Assembly: GCA_965112635.1 (NCBI GenBank)
Contig: OZ218778.1
Coordinates: 128,001-192,000 of the forward strand
Length of the DNA stretch: 64,000 nt
Direction: 5' to 3'
From: an uncultured bacterium
Lineage (GTDB): Bacteria > Oederibacteriota > Oederibacteriia > Oederibacteriales > Oederibacteriaceae
Every line of letters begins with the position of its first letter. Position 1 is the stretch's first letter. The position numbers and the translations under genes are program-made. Of this stretch, positions 20,321 through 30,504 are shown piece after piece. The notes beneath the pieces are model-generated. The model had not been told where the DNA came from. It searched no databases and saw only the letters and a program-made list of their open reading frames with translations.

Positions 20321-20683
20321 TTAGGATTGGGTTCCTTGTCTTAGAGAGTCTACGGCGCCCTTGAGGATCTTGACCTCTACGTTGTTGGCGATCCGGACTA
20401 GAAGTTCGTTCTGCCCCTCGAAACCGGTGATGGTCCCGATGATCCCGCGGAACACGACGACATCGCCTTTTTTGAGGTTCTCCAGCAGTTTCTGGTGCTC
20501 TTTTTGGGTCTTGCGCTGGGGCATGATGATCAAAAAAATGAAAGCGACCACGATCAATAAAAGGGGCATCAGTCCTGAAATAAATCCCGCGGGCGACGGC
20601 GCTGCCCCGGCGGCGGGCGCTGCGGGAGCCGCCGCGGTTCCTTGCGCGTATAATAATGAAACCAAGCTCAATAACATACCCAA
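20321..20683 (-). CDS. yajC: Preprotein translocase subunit YajC
   Basis: TM segment, PQRK..H..LL..LKKGD pattern; tgt-yajC-secD-secF synteny. Confidence 0.92.
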   Translation of the reverse strand: MGMLLSLVSLLYAQGTAAAPAAPAAGAAPSPAGFISGLMPLLLIVVAFIFLIIMPQRKTQKEHQKLLENLKKGDVVVFRGIIGTITGFEGQNELLVRIANNVEVKILKGAVDSLRQGTQS

Positions 20684-20754
20684 CCTCCTTGAATGTCCTT
20701 GTAATCTCTTAATATTGCGTTTCCTATCAAGAGCTCGATGGGAACATTGAAATT

Positions 20755-21870
20755 CTATTTTTTAAAAAAATTTTCTCTAAACTTCTTTTTTGCTTCTAAA
20801 AAAGTCCCTGAGGCGATAGCCTGCCTCATAGAACCCATTAAATCTATCATATAGGTCAAATTGTGTAAAGTAAGGAGCCTCTGCACCAGCAATTCGCCGC
20901 TCTGGAACAGATGGCGCAGGAATGAACGGCTGTAATTCTTGCAGGTAAAGCACCGGCAGGCCTGGTCCAGGGGTGCGTGGTCATGGGTGAATTCCGCGTT
21001 TTTGATGAGCATCTTGCCTTCGCTGGTGAACACCGTGCCGTTCCTCGCGTTGCGCGTGGGCAGGACGCAGTCGAACATGTCGATGCCCAGCTCCACCGCG
21101 TCCCACAGGTCCTCGGGGCTGCCCAGGCCCATCAGATAGCGGGGTTTTTCTTTGGGCAAATGAGGTGTGGTCCACCCGATGACCTCCAGCATGGTTTCCG
21201 CGGGTTCTCCCACGGACAAGCCGCCCAGGGCATAGCCCGGAAAGTCCATTTCCACCATGGCTTTCGCGCTTTGCTCGCGCAGGTCTTTATACACTCCGCC
21301 CTGCACGATGCCGAACAGGGCCTGGTCGTCCGGCCGCCTAAAGCTCCTCAGCGAGCGCTCGGCCCACTGGAGCGTGGTCTTGAGCGAGCTCTCCACCTCG
21401 CCCTGCGAAGCGGGATACTGGCTGCACACATCCAAGGGCATGATGATGTCCGAACCCAATATCTGCTGGATGTCCATCACCTTTTCCGGGGTCAGGAAAT
21501 GGCTGGAACCGTCCAGGTGGGACTGGAATTTCACTCCCTCATCCGACACCTTGGCCAGCTGGGCCAGGCTGAAAACCTGGAACCCGCCGCTGTCCGTGAG
21601 CATGGGCCCGTCCCACCCGCTGAACTTGTGCAGGCCTCCGGCCTCCCGGATGACCTCCATGCCCGGCCGCAGGTAAAGGTGGTAGGCGTTGGCAAGGTAG
21701 ATGGATACTCCCGCCTCCCTGAGCTCCTTCGAGGTCAGGGTCTTGACCACTCCCTGCGTTCCGACCGGCATGAAACAGGGCGTCAGCACCTCTCCGTGCG
21801 TCAGCGTCATCCTGCCGTTGCGCGCCTGGGTATCCTTATCCTTCGCTGTCACTTCAAACGAAAAAGCCAT
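20755..21870 (-). CDS. tgt: tRNA-guanine transglycosylase
   Basis: TPCFMPVGT, TDSGGFQVFS, GGLSVGE, DMFDCVLPTR and Zn-binding CRCFTC..H motifs. Confidence 0.97.
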   Translation of the reverse strand: MAFSFEVTAKDKDTQARNGRMTLTHGEVLTPCFMPVGTQGVVKTLTSKELREAGVSIYLANAYHLYLRPGMEVIREAGGLHKFSGWDGPMLTDSGGFQVFSLAQLAKVSDEGVKFQSHLDGSSHFLTPEKVMDIQQILGSDIIMPLDVCSQYPASQGEVESSLKTTLQWAERSLRSFRRPDDQALFGIVQGGVYKDLREQSAKAMVEMDFPGYALGGLSVGEPAETMLEVIGWTTPHLPKEKPRYLMGLGSPEDLWDAVELGIDMFDCVLPTRNARNGTVFTSEGKMLIKNAEFTHDHAPLDQACRCFTCKNYSRSFLRHLFQSGELLVQRLLTLHNLTYMIDLMGSMRQAIASGTFLEAKKKFRENFFKK

Positions 21871-22853
21871 TATTCCACCATCCTCACCCATTTAATGATC
21901 TTAAGCCCTTCTTTTTCGGGCACTGCCAGGTAAATATCGCCGTCCTTGTCCACCACCGCCGCCTTGCCCCCTATGGCCGGTTTAAAAAGCCTGGATTGCC
22001 ACAGGACCTTTCCCTGGGTATTCGCCACGGCGGCCAAAAAATGATCCTCGGATTCTGGATCGTCGGTTTGATAATCCACAAAATGATAGATCTTTCCTTT
22101 CTGGACCCCGATCAAATGGCTCCAGAGCGCATTGATTTTCGGAGCGTCCGTTCCGATGGGCTTAGGAAAATGGCTAAAAAAGACGCTCCTGAAATGCCTC
22201 AGATTTTTCTCGAATCTTTTCTGGTCACCTCCCGAGGAGAACGGGTCGCTGTCATAAAAACAGTCCTCCAAAAACTCCTTCCTGGGGATCACCACCATTG
22301 GCTTGTCCGATTTCCATGCTTTGAGGACCAAAACCGCATACCTGGTCTTGTAATCCACCAAAGCGCCGTTTTCATAGAATAGATGGGCATGCTCATTTCC
22401 CAATTTTCTATCCTTCAAGAGGTTGCCTTTTTTATCGAATATCTGTAAATTTCCGCGCAAACTGCTGTTTGCTGAATAGAGATACAACGAGCCTTCCTCA
22501 TCGAAAAGATAATCTACACCGATATAGTCATGCCTGATAGTTTGCAGGTATTGCCCGTTGGAACTGAATTTTAAGATCTTAAAACCTTTGCCTATCTGCT
22601 TGACCAGGGCCGGGTCATTTCCGCCTCCATAATCAAGATAAAGACAGCCCTCCGGGTCTATCGCCAATTGAAAAGGAACGCCTAAAACCTTCAAGGGGGC
22701 ATTATGGAAGCTTAATTGATAAAAAACGGTTTGCACCTGGTCATCCCCCGTGCCGTACGGGATGGTCACGAACGCCTCTTCTTTGAAATCCAGGCCGTCA
22801 GCTCGGCTCACGCCCAGCACAAACAAAACCAGGAGCAACAGGATTTTTTTCAC
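21870..22853 (-). CDS. Secreted hypothetical protein, possible beta-propeller, between queA and tgt
   Basis: GTG start after GGAGAGG, signal peptide KKILLLLVLFVLG, repeated AIDxxGxLY/VDKDGDIY blade-like motifs. Confidence 0.6.
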   Translation of the reverse strand: MKKILLLLVLFVLGVSRADGLDFKEEAFVTIPYGTGDDQVQTVFYQLSFHNAPLKVLGVPFQLAIDPEGCLYLDYGGGNDPALVKQIGKGFKILKFSSNGQYLQTIRHDYIGVDYLFDEEGSLYLYSANSSLRGNLQIFDKKGNLLKDRKLGNEHAHLFYENGALVDYKTRYAVLVLKAWKSDKPMVVIPRKEFLEDCFYDSDPFSSGGDQKRFEKNLRHFRSVFFSHFPKPIGTDAPKINALWSHLIGVQKGKIYHFVDYQTDDPESEDHFLAAVANTQGKVLWQSRLFKPAIGGKAAVVDKDGDIYLAVPEKEGLKIIKWVRMVE

Positions 22854-22906
22854 AGCAGCCACCTCTCCAATATGTCCAATGTCCAAAGTCCAAGGTTAGC
22901 GATTAT

Positions 22907-23941
22907 TTAGTCGATTATCAACATGCAGTCGCCGTAACTGTAAAAACGGTATCTATCTTTGACCGCCTGAGCGTAAAGCTCCAGCAATTTTTCCCTGCCG
23001 ATGAAGGCTGAGACCAGGAGCAGAAGACTGGAACCAGGCAGATGAAAATTGGTCAGCAGGTTTTTGACCACCTTGAACTTGTAACCCGGCATGATAAAAA
23101 GGTCGCACCAGCCCTCTTTTGGCTGGACCCGGCCCTGCTCTGTGGCGGCCCATTCCAATGCGCGGGTGGATGTCGTGCCCACGCACACCAATCGTTTACC
23201 CTGTTCCAGCGTCTGGTTGATGGTCTGGCTGGCCTGTTCGGTGATGCGGACATATTCCGGATGCATCTTGTGGGTATCCAAATCACGGACAGGCTTAAAA
23301 GTGCCCCAACCCACATGCAGGGTAAGCTCGGCGACGCACACCCCTTTTTGCCTAAGACTGTCCAAAATAGCCGGGGTAAAATGCAAGCCAGCCGTGGGGC
23401 TGGCAATGGAACCGTTTTCCCTGGCATAGACTGTCTGGTAACGCTCGCTGTCCATAGGCTCAGCCGGCCTGGTTATATAAGGAGGAAGAGGCACCTTGCC
23501 TTCTTTATCAATAAACGCCTGCCAATCCTCCACGGGACTGAACTGCACAATGCCTCCGGCCTGCTCCAAAAACTCTATTATTTCAGCAGTAACCTGGCCC
23601 TGGCTAAAGCTCAGTTTGGTGCCGGGTTTTGCCCTTTTTTTGGGATTGATCAGGGCTTCCCACTTACCTTGTCCCAAGTCACGGGTCAAAAGAAGCTCCA
23701 CCTTGCCGCCTGTGCCCAGCTTTTCTCCAAAGAGTCTGGCTGGAATGACCCGGCTCTGGTTGAGCACCAGGCAATCCCCCGGCTGGATGAATCCGGCAAA
23801 ATCCTTGAACGACCAATGCTGGACCTGTCCGCTCGTCTGGTCAAAGACCATCATCCGGCTCTGGTCCCGTTCCTTGGCCGGATACTGGGCTATCAACTCC
23901 TCCGGCAACTCATAATTAAAATCCTCGATTTTCATTTTCAC
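22907..23941 (-). CDS. queA: S-adenosylmethionine:tRNA ribosyltransferase-isomerase
   Basis: YELPEELIAQYP, PLPPYI, YQTVYA, PTAGLHF, VGTTS, TNFHLP and YRFYSYGD motifs. Confidence 0.97.
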   Translation of the reverse strand: MKMKIEDFNYELPEELIAQYPAKERDQSRMMVFDQTSGQVQHWSFKDFAGFIQPGDCLVLNQSRVIPARLFGEKLGTGGKVELLLTRDLGQGKWEALINPKKRAKPGTKLSFSQGQVTAEIIEFLEQAGGIVQFSPVEDWQAFIDKEGKVPLPPYITRPAEPMDSERYQTVYARENGSIASPTAGLHFTPAILDSLRQKGVCVAELTLHVGWGTFKPVRDLDTHKMHPEYVRITEQASQTINQTLEQGKRLVCVGTTSTRALEWAATEQGRVQPKEGWCDLFIMPGYKFKVVKNLLTNFHLPGSSLLLLVSAFIGREKLLELYAQAVKDRYRFYSYGDCMLIID

Positions 23942-24024
23942 CCTTCTTAAAATTCTTGGTCCCGTATCAATAAGTTAGGCCAGTTTACCTCAAAAACCCA
24001 ATTAATTTAAGGTATGATAGGACC

Positions 24025-25503
24025 ATGGCCAAGGGAGAATATTTCACTTTTAAAAATTTAACGGACATACGCCAGAGGGTCAAAGACCTAAATCTATCGG
24101 ATGACCTTGGTTTTAGCGATGATATCAGCCCCGCCAAACCCGGACGAAAGATATCCTCACCCATAAACTGCGGCCCTTTTGTATTGAGCAACCGCTTTGC
24201 CATCCATCCCATGGAAGGCTGGGACGCTGACCCTGTGTCCGGCGCTCCCACCCTGGACACTTTGCGGCGCTGGGAGCGGATGGGGCAAAGCGGAGCCAGT
24301 CTGCTCTGGGGCGTGGAGGCCATGGCCGTGGATTTCGAGTACCGGGCCAACCCCAACCAACTTGTCATCAACGAAAGCACAGCTCTTGCCTTGGAACAAG
24401 GCCTTAAACTCATCCGGCAAGCGCATTCCCGTTGCTTTGGCACAGCCAGCAGGATCGTCATCGGTGCCCAAATCACCTGTTCAGGCAGGTACAGCCACGG
24501 CCGGCTCAAAGGCTCTCCCCTGCTACTGATGTACCACCACCCGGAACTGGACAAACGCGTCCACGCGGACAAGGACACGCTTCTGATGACCGACCAGAAA
24601 ATAGAGTCCATCGTGGGACAATACGCCGCAGCCAGCCGGGTCGCCAAAAAGATCGGTTTTGATTTTATTGACATCAAGGCCTGCCACCGCTACTGGCTCA
24701 ATGAAACTCTCGCAGCCAAGACCAGGCCCGGCCAGTATGGCGGCTCCTCTGATAATCGGACAAAAATATTCCTGATGATCGTGGACGCCATCAGACGGGA
24801 AGTCGGCCCGGATTTCACCCTGGGCTCCCGGCTCAATGCCTGCGACGGTATCCCATTTGAGGAAGACCCGGCCACCCAGCGCCCGGGCTTAAAAGGTTAT
24901 GGCCATCCAAGCCCTTTTACCACGCCTTATGTGTGGGGTTGGGGAGTCAATGAGAGCGACCCTCTCCAGCCGGACCTCTCGGAGCCCATCCAGCTCATCG
25001 CCAAACTCAAGGCCAAGGGACTAAAATTGTTCAACATTTCCTCAGGCAGTCCGTATTCCAACCCGCACTTTTCCCGTCCCACGGAAACTCCGCCTGTGGA
25101 CGGCTACCAGCCCCACCACGACCCTTTACATGAAGTGGCCCTGCACTTTTCCGTTGCGGCAAGCATCAAAAAGGCGCACCCCGACATCGTGGTCATCGGC
25201 ACAGCCTACTCCTACTTGCGCCAGTTCAAGGCCCATGCCGCGGAATATAATATCGAGAAGGGCCGGGTGGATATGGTGGGACTTGGCCGGGCCCTGCTTT
25301 CCTACCACGACGAGGCCAGGAAACTGCTGGAAACCGGGGAGGCCAAGATAGAAAAAGGAAGGATGGTCTGTACCGGAGACTCGGCTTGCACCACCGGCCC
25401 CCGTTTCGGCCTGAAATCCGGCTGTATCTTTGATCCCTACTATGTCCAGGTCAACCAGGCCATCAAATCCCGCCTGACCGAAATAGGCCTCACCAAAAAA
25501 TAG
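24025..25503 (+). CDS. NADH:flavin oxidoreductase (old yellow enzyme family)
   Basis: NRFAIHPMEG, GFDFIDIKACHRY, RPGQYGGSSDNR and DMVGLGR motifs. Confidence 0.88.
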   Translation: MAKGEYFTFKNLTDIRQRVKDLNLSDDLGFSDDISPAKPGRKISSPINCGPFVLSNRFAIHPMEGWDADPVSGAPTLDTLRRWERMGQSGASLLWGVEAMAVDFEYRANPNQLVINESTALALEQGLKLIRQAHSRCFGTASRIVIGAQITCSGRYSHGRLKGSPLLLMYHHPELDKRVHADKDTLLMTDQKIESIVGQYAAASRVAKKIGFDFIDIKACHRYWLNETLAAKTRPGQYGGSSDNRTKIFLMIVDAIRREVGPDFTLGSRLNACDGIPFEEDPATQRPGLKGYGHPSPFTTPYVWGWGVNESDPLQPDLSEPIQLIAKLKAKGLKLFNISSGSPYSNPHFSRPTETPPVDGYQPHHDPLHEVALHFSVAASIKKAHPDIVVIGTAYSYLRQFKAHAAEYNIEKGRVDMVGLGRALLSYHDEARKLLETGEAKIEKGRMVCTGDSACTTGPRFGLKSGCIFDPYYVQVNQAIKSRLTEIGLTKK

Positions 25504-25504
25504 C

Positions 25505-26500
25505 TCAGTAGTTGAAGCTTACCTTGAGCTTGAGAGGGTTGTTGGTGGGGTCCACCAAAAAGCCCACGGCGCCCGCGATCTCGTTCCACCAAAAATGGGC
25601 GGCCACGCATTTGGACAGCTTGTAACCCTGGTCCTGGAACAGCCAGCCGCTGTAAAACCCGAACATCGTGGCAAAGGCCACGTCTCCCCAGGCCTGGGCC
25701 TCGGTCTCGCCGTTGAAATAAATATTGAAATAATGCATCCCCCCAAAGGTCACGCTGGCAATGGCCAGCCCGGCCAGCGGTCCGTAGTCTTCCTCCATCT
25801 CGGTCTGGAAATATCCCCGGAAAAAAGACTCCTCCGAAGCCGCCACCGTGGTATTGAGCAGGGTCCAGGAGGTCTCATAGACGGCGGTTCCGTCGCCCTG
25901 GCCAAAATCATGGCCGAACATGGTCACGGTGCTGAGGGAGTTACAGTGCTGGGTGACCGGCGAGATGGAATAAACGGCCCACAGATAGGCTCCGCTCAGC
26001 AGGGCCACGCCCCACACATAGGGCGAAGTGAGATTTTCCCATTTATAGGGGGCCAGCAGCAGTTGCGGGACAGGCGTAGGGTCGATGGGGTGGCGGTAAT
26101 CAAGGTCGGGCCGCCTGAGCCTGGCCTCCCGGTAGGCGTCATAGCTCTGCAGGGTATAGACCTCGCCGAATAGAAAAAAGAAATAGTTGTATTCCGGGCT
26201 GTTGCTTTCCCATATTTTGTACTGGTTCCACAGGGACAGGCCCCCCAGCCCGATACTGCCGAGGAGGATGGGATAGGCCGCCCCGTAATCTCCCAGGTAA
26301 AAATGCCCTCCTGCCGGTATGGTGGCCCAGGCCATGGCGTCATGCGGGTCGATTTTGGCGGTCTGGGTGACATTTTCACCCGTGCCCGGGATGGCTGCCC
26401 CTAGACTGGCCGCAAAGAATAGGACGCACAACACGGCGCTGAGGCAGCACAAAAGGGTTCGGGGAGCGCGGCAAAGCCGGCAAGCAGGGGTCATCAGCAC
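25505..26500 (-). CDS. CPBP (CAAX/Abi) family intramembrane protease
   Basis: EESFFRG, FGGMH and AAHFWWN motifs. Confidence 0.85.
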   Translation of the reverse strand: MLMTPACRLCRAPRTLLCCLSAVLCVLFFAASLGAAIPGTGENVTQTAKIDPHDAMAWATIPAGGHFYLGDYGAAYPILLGSIGLGGLSLWNQYKIWESNSPEYNYFFFLFGEVYTLQSYDAYREARLRRPDLDYRHPIDPTPVPQLLLAPYKWENLTSPYVWGVALLSGAYLWAVYSISPVTQHCNSLSTVTMFGHDFGQGDGTAVYETSWTLLNTTVAASEESFFRGYFQTEMEEDYGPLAGLAIASVTFGGMHYFNIYFNGETEAQAWGDVAFATMFGFYSGWLFQDQGYKLSKCVAAHFWWNEIAGAVGFLVDPTNNPLKLKVSFNY

Positions 26501-26505
26501 TCCTT

Positions 26506-27261
26506 TTAGAGCGTGAACTTTTCTCCCAGGTATATTTCTTTGGCTTTCTTGTTGGTGACCAGCTGGCGGGAAGTGCCGGACAGGAGGATATCGCCGGCGT
26601 ACATGATATAGGAGCGGTCCGTGATGGCCAGGGTCTCCCGGACATTGTGATCCGTGATGAGGACGCCCAGTCCTTTTCTCTTGAGCTGGCTTACGATGCC
26701 CTGGATGTCCAGCACCGCGAGGGGGTCGATGCCCACGAACGGCTCGTCGAGCAGGATGAACCGGGGCGACATGGCCAGGGTCCGGGATATCTCCACCCTG
26801 CGCCGTTCCCCCCCGGACAGGGTGTAGGCTTTTTGCTTGGACAGGTGCAGGATGCCCAGCTCTTTCAAAAGCGCCTTGGCCCGGGACTCCCGCTCGGCGG
26901 GGCTGCCATCCATCATCTCCAGGACCGCCATGACGTTGTCGTAAACGGACAGCTTCCTGAATACGGACGGCTCTTGCGCCAGGTAGCCGATGCCCTGCCG
27001 GGCTCTAAGATACATGGGCAGTTCGGTGATGTTCTGTTCGTCCAGGTAGATGGAACCGCTGTCCGGCCTGATCAGGCCCACCACCATATAAAAGGTCGTG
27101 GTCTTGCCCGCGCCGTTGGGGCCCAAAAGCCCCACCACCTCGCCCTGGTGCACCTCCACGCTCACGCCTTTGACCACCTGGCGGTGCTTGTAGGTCTTGT
27201 TAAGCCCCTGGGTGCGCAACACGCCTTGAGGAACGGTCCGGGTCTTATGGGTCTTTTTCAA
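26506..27261 (-). CDS. lptB: LPS export ABC transporter ATP-binding protein
   Basis: GPNGAGKTT, YLAQEPSVFRKL, LSGGERRRVEI, DEPFVGIDP and ITDHNVRETL motifs. Confidence 0.96.
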   Translation of the reverse strand: MKKTHKTRTVPQGVLRTQGLNKTYKHRQVVKGVSVEVHQGEVVGLLGPNGAGKTTTFYMVVGLIRPDSGSIYLDEQNITELPMYLRARQGIGYLAQEPSVFRKLSVYDNVMAVLEMMDGSPAERESRAKALLKELGILHLSKQKAYTLSGGERRRVEISRTLAMSPRFILLDEPFVGIDPLAVLDIQGIVSQLKRKGLGVLITDHNVRETLAITDRSYIMYAGDILLSGTSRQLVTNKKAKEIYLGEKFTL

Positions 27262-27284
27262 AAGGGTCCTTTCCCTGCTGTTCT

Positions 27285-28001
27285 TTAGAAATTGCTGTTG
27301 GCGAAATCCGCCGAATAAAAGGTCGCTTTCACCCTGCCCTGCAGGACGATGCGGTCGTCCTTGAGGTAGGCGGTGATGGTCTCTCCCTGGAATATATTGC
27401 GTCCCTTGATGACCTCCGGAGAACCGGTCAACTGCATGGTCTGTTCGGTGTCCGAATAAAAAGCCTGCTCTGAATTGGTCTTAATGTCCTGCCGGATGAT
27501 CCAGACATTTCCTTTGGCCAGGGCCTTCTTTTCCCGGTCCTGGAGCTCTATACTATCACCCCGGATGCACAATTCGCCCGCTTTTTTGTCCTGCCTGGTG
27601 AACTCCGGATGGCCTGTGGCCACCACGACCTTCATGTTGTTCCTGTATTCCAGTTCGTCGCTGATGAGCTGCATGGCTTGGCTGTCGTCCGTCAGGCACA
27701 CGTGGCCCTGGGCCGTGGCGCTGTCCTTGGCCGAAGTGCCGACCAGCCTGTCCGAGACCATCCGGGAACTCCCCTGCCTGACCACGACATGCCCGGTCCA
27801 GGTGTTGGTCTTGTCCGTGCCGTTGTAGGACACCTTGTCGGCGCTGATATAGACAGGCTCCTTGGATTTAGCCCTCTCCTGGAGCAGTTCCTGGGCTTTG
27901 GGCACCGGCGTCGGGACAGCCTGGCCCCATCCTGCCAGGGGCAGCAGGCACAGCCCCGACAAAAGCACGGCCCATCGCGTCAAAACTCCCTTTGTTTTCA
28001 T
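27285..28001 (-). CDS. lptA: LptA/OstA-like periplasmic LPS transport protein
   Basis: Signal peptide from MKTKG, ISAD..TGHVVVRQG beta-jellyroll repeats, position between lptC and lptB. Confidence 0.82.
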   Translation of the reverse strand: MKTKGVLTRWAVLLSGLCLLPLAGWGQAVPTPVPKAQELLQERAKSKEPVYISADKVSYNGTDKTNTWTGHVVVRQGSSRMVSDRLVGTSAKDSATAQGHVCLTDDSQAMQLISDELEYRNNMKVVVATGHPEFTRQDKKAGELCIRGDSIELQDREKKALAKGNVWIIRQDIKTNSEQAFYSDTEQTMQLTGSPEVIKGRNIFQGETITAYLKDDRIVLQGRVKATFYSADFANSNF

Positions 28002-28588
28002 TGCTTGATCCTCTGTACTTGCGTGATGTCCTTGATCCTGCCCCGCGGGTCCATGATCTGCAGGTGGTCCAGGTTGGCGCTGGCCACCAGGCCGAAGCCC
28101 GTGAGGACATTGCCGTCCCCGTAAGTGACCTTGACAAAATCGTCGGTGGTTATTTTTTTGTTCCGGGGGTCCCACTGGAGCGTCTGGGTCTCCAGCTTGG
28201 TCTTCTGCTGGCCCATCAGCACCACGTGCCCTTCCACCTCGGCTTCATTGGTCTGGGTCTGCACGGTCCCCTTGTCCGCGGTCAGGTAGGAGACCAGGCG
28301 TCCGGCGTTGTAGCCGTAGATCCTCACCCTTTCCGCGTAGGCCTTGTTCTTGGTTTCGTAGACCATGGCGTTGTCCGCCTGGAATTCCCAGGTGGTCCTG
28401 CCTTTGACCGTTTCCACGAGCCTGAACCCTTCCAAATAAGCGCTGGGATAATTTTTGCCGATGACCGTATTCGAAGCCGGCCCGCTGTTCCCGCGGGAAC
28501 AGCCCAGGCATAGCACCGGCAGCAGGAACAGCCACCCGAGCGCCTTAACGGTTCTTATCTTCAACTGGCTTGGTTTTCCAACGGTCAT
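27998..28588 (-). CDS. lptC: LPS export periplasmic protein LptC
   Basis: Hydrophobic leader, WEFQAD, LTADKG, LETQTLQWD..KITTD and GFGL pattern; synteny. Confidence 0.82.
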   Translation of the reverse strand: MTVGKPSQLKIRTVKALGWLFLLPVLCLGCSRGNSGPASNTVIGKNYPSAYLEGFRLVETVKGRTTWEFQADNAMVYETKNKAYAERVRIYGYNAGRLVSYLTADKGTVQTQTNEAEVEGHVVLMGQQKTKLETQTLQWDPRNKKITTDDFVKVTYGDGNVLTGFGLVASANLDHLQIMDPRGRIKDITQVQRIKQ

Positions 28589-29417
28589 GGACCCACACCC
28601 ACTGTTCAGGATTGTTGCGGATATGCTTTTCCAAAAATGACGTGTATTGCTGGACCACGGACTGGATATTATCGGGGCCGACGGATATCTCCGGCTCTCC
28701 AATGATTTTATACCGGCCGTCCGCTTCCCGTCTAATGATAAATGGCACCAGGGCTGCACCGGTGTGCTGGGCCAGGATGGCCGGGCCTGCCGGTGTGGAA
28801 GCCGGTCTCCCGAAAAAATCCGCGAATACGCTTTCCACGCCCGTGTCCTGGTCGCACAAAACCCCTACGACCTTGCCCTCTTTGAGGGCTTTTAAGATGG
28901 GTTTGGGGCTGGCCTGCCGGGAAAAGGTCGTATATCCTTGGGCTTCCCGATAGCTATTGAGCAGGTTATTCAAGCGTTCATCATAAACCGCCCTGCCTAT
29001 CACAGCCACAGGCAAGCGGTGAGCTACTGCGGCAGCCATCAGTTCCCAGTTGCCCAAGTGGCCGGTCACACCCAGCACCCCTTTGCCCTTTTTAAAGGCA
29101 TTTTCCAGGTGTTCAAATCCCTCAAAGGTGACCATACTGTCCAGCTTTTGAGCAGACCACCGGCGGAATTTAACCAGCTCTGCCACGCATATCCCGAAAT
29201 GCCTGTACATCCCCCGGCATATCCTCTTAATTTCCGCAGGGCTTTTTTCCGAGAAAGCGGCTTGCAGGTTTTTCAGCGCCCGGTTCCTTCCATGGCTGTC
29301 GAAATAATAGGCCACCCCCCCCATCCCCGCCAATATCAGCCTGCTCAATCCTAAGGGCATGAGGCTAAAGAATAAAATCCACGGCCTGATGCACCAATAG
29401 ATAATAAAATTTTTCAT
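28545..29417 (-). CDS. lpxL: Lipid A late acyltransferase (LpxL/HtrB family)
   Basis: HLGNWE catalytic motif, LCDQD, FFGRPA, PEQWVWVHDRWK. Confidence 0.88.
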   Translation of the reverse strand: MKNFIIYWCIRPWILFFSLMPLGLSRLILAGMGGVAYYFDSHGRNRALKNLQAAFSEKSPAEIKRICRGMYRHFGICVAELVKFRRWSAQKLDSMVTFEGFEHLENAFKKGKGVLGVTGHLGNWELMAAAVAHRLPVAVIGRAVYDERLNNLLNSYREAQGYTTFSRQASPKPILKALKEGKVVGVLCDQDTGVESVFADFFGRPASTPAGPAILAQHTGAALVPFIIRREADGRYKIIGEPEISVGPDNIQSVVQQYTSFLEKHIRNNPEQWVWVHDRWKTKPVEDKNR

Positions 29418-29520
29418 TCTCAGCCTTTCTAAATCTATTGCACAGCTATCGTGTATAAAAACTGTTCCTTATGATTTTACCAGTTTGCCTGGTTTTTCTC
29501 CTGATAAAACACCGCAGGTC

Positions 29521-30351
29521 CTAGGGCCTGTTTTGCCTGCTCCTCTGGCCGTTCCGGAAAGCCCCCGGAGACTGCCGGATGGCCTTGCTGAAGGCTGTGG
29601 AAAAATACCTTTCGTTCTTGAAACAGCACTGGGTGGCAATGGCCTTTAAAGGCATGGTGGAGTGGGTCAAGAGGCTCTTGGCCCGCTCTATCCTTTGGCC
29701 AATCAAAAAACGGACCAGACTGGTCCCGTAGGTCTCTTTGAAAACATGCCTGAGATGGTCATAACCCACCCCGATTGCCTCGGCCACCTGCTCCATCTTT
29801 TGCAGGTCAAAAAGGTGCTCCTGGATATATTGCCTGGCCTTGTCCGCCTGGGCCACGGTCTCTTTGAGGGTATTGCGGGGCAGACTGCTCCTGGCTGACT
29901 CGAACAGCGACAGCACCAAAGCGGTGACCCTCAGGTTCAAGACCCTTTGACCGGACCAGTCCAGGGACACGGGCGGATAAGCCAGCTGTAGCAGTTCCTG
30001 CTGCTGGTAAGGACTGAGGCTAGCGGTCAGGCAGGCCGTTTCCTCCAATTCGCCGGGCCAGGGCCGGCTGGCCGAGAAAAGCAGGCAGATGTCCTCGGCT
30101 CCCGGTTCGGAGACCTGGTCGTGGAACACCTTGGGGGGATATACAAAAATGCTTTCCTCTTTGAAGCTCACGGTCTTTTTGGCCTTGCCGGTTTTGACGA
30201 TGCTCTGGCCTCCGCCCTTCACGTGGTAAACCAGCTCAAAATCGCCATGCTCGTGAAAACCGCATCTGGCCACGCAGTCAAAACGGCAGCCCATGATGAA
30301 TTCCAGGGTGACTTTGGAAAAAAAAGACTCCCGGCTGAACGGTTGTTCCAA
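29521..30351 (-). CDS. AraC-family transcriptional regulator
   Basis: Cupin HEH..FEL N-terminus; C-terminal double HTH (RIERAKSLL, YFSTAFSK, SPGAFR); divergent from the sugar operon. Confidence 0.92.
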   Translation of the reverse strand: MEQPFSRESFFSKVTLEFIMGCRFDCVARCGFHEHGDFELVYHVKGGGQSIVKTGKAKKTVSFKEESIFVYPPKVFHDQVSEPGAEDICLLFSASRPWPGELEETACLTASLSPYQQQELLQLAYPPVSLDWSGQRVLNLRVTALVLSLFESARSSLPRNTLKETVAQADKARQYIQEHLFDLQKMEQVAEAIGVGYDHLRHVFKETYGTSLVRFLIGQRIERAKSLLTHSTMPLKAIATQCCFKNERYFSTAFSKAIRQSPGAFRNGQRSRQNRP

Positions 30352-30504
30352 GAAAACCCCCTTTTTCTTCGATTATACCTAGCTGGCATGCCCTTGGCAA
30401 CCAAATAGTGGAATATTTAACCATTCTTTGGAATAGATATAAAGGGTTTTATAGCCTATAGTTCCAAATATCGAAATGAATTCTAATTCCAAAAGGAGGA
30501 AGAT

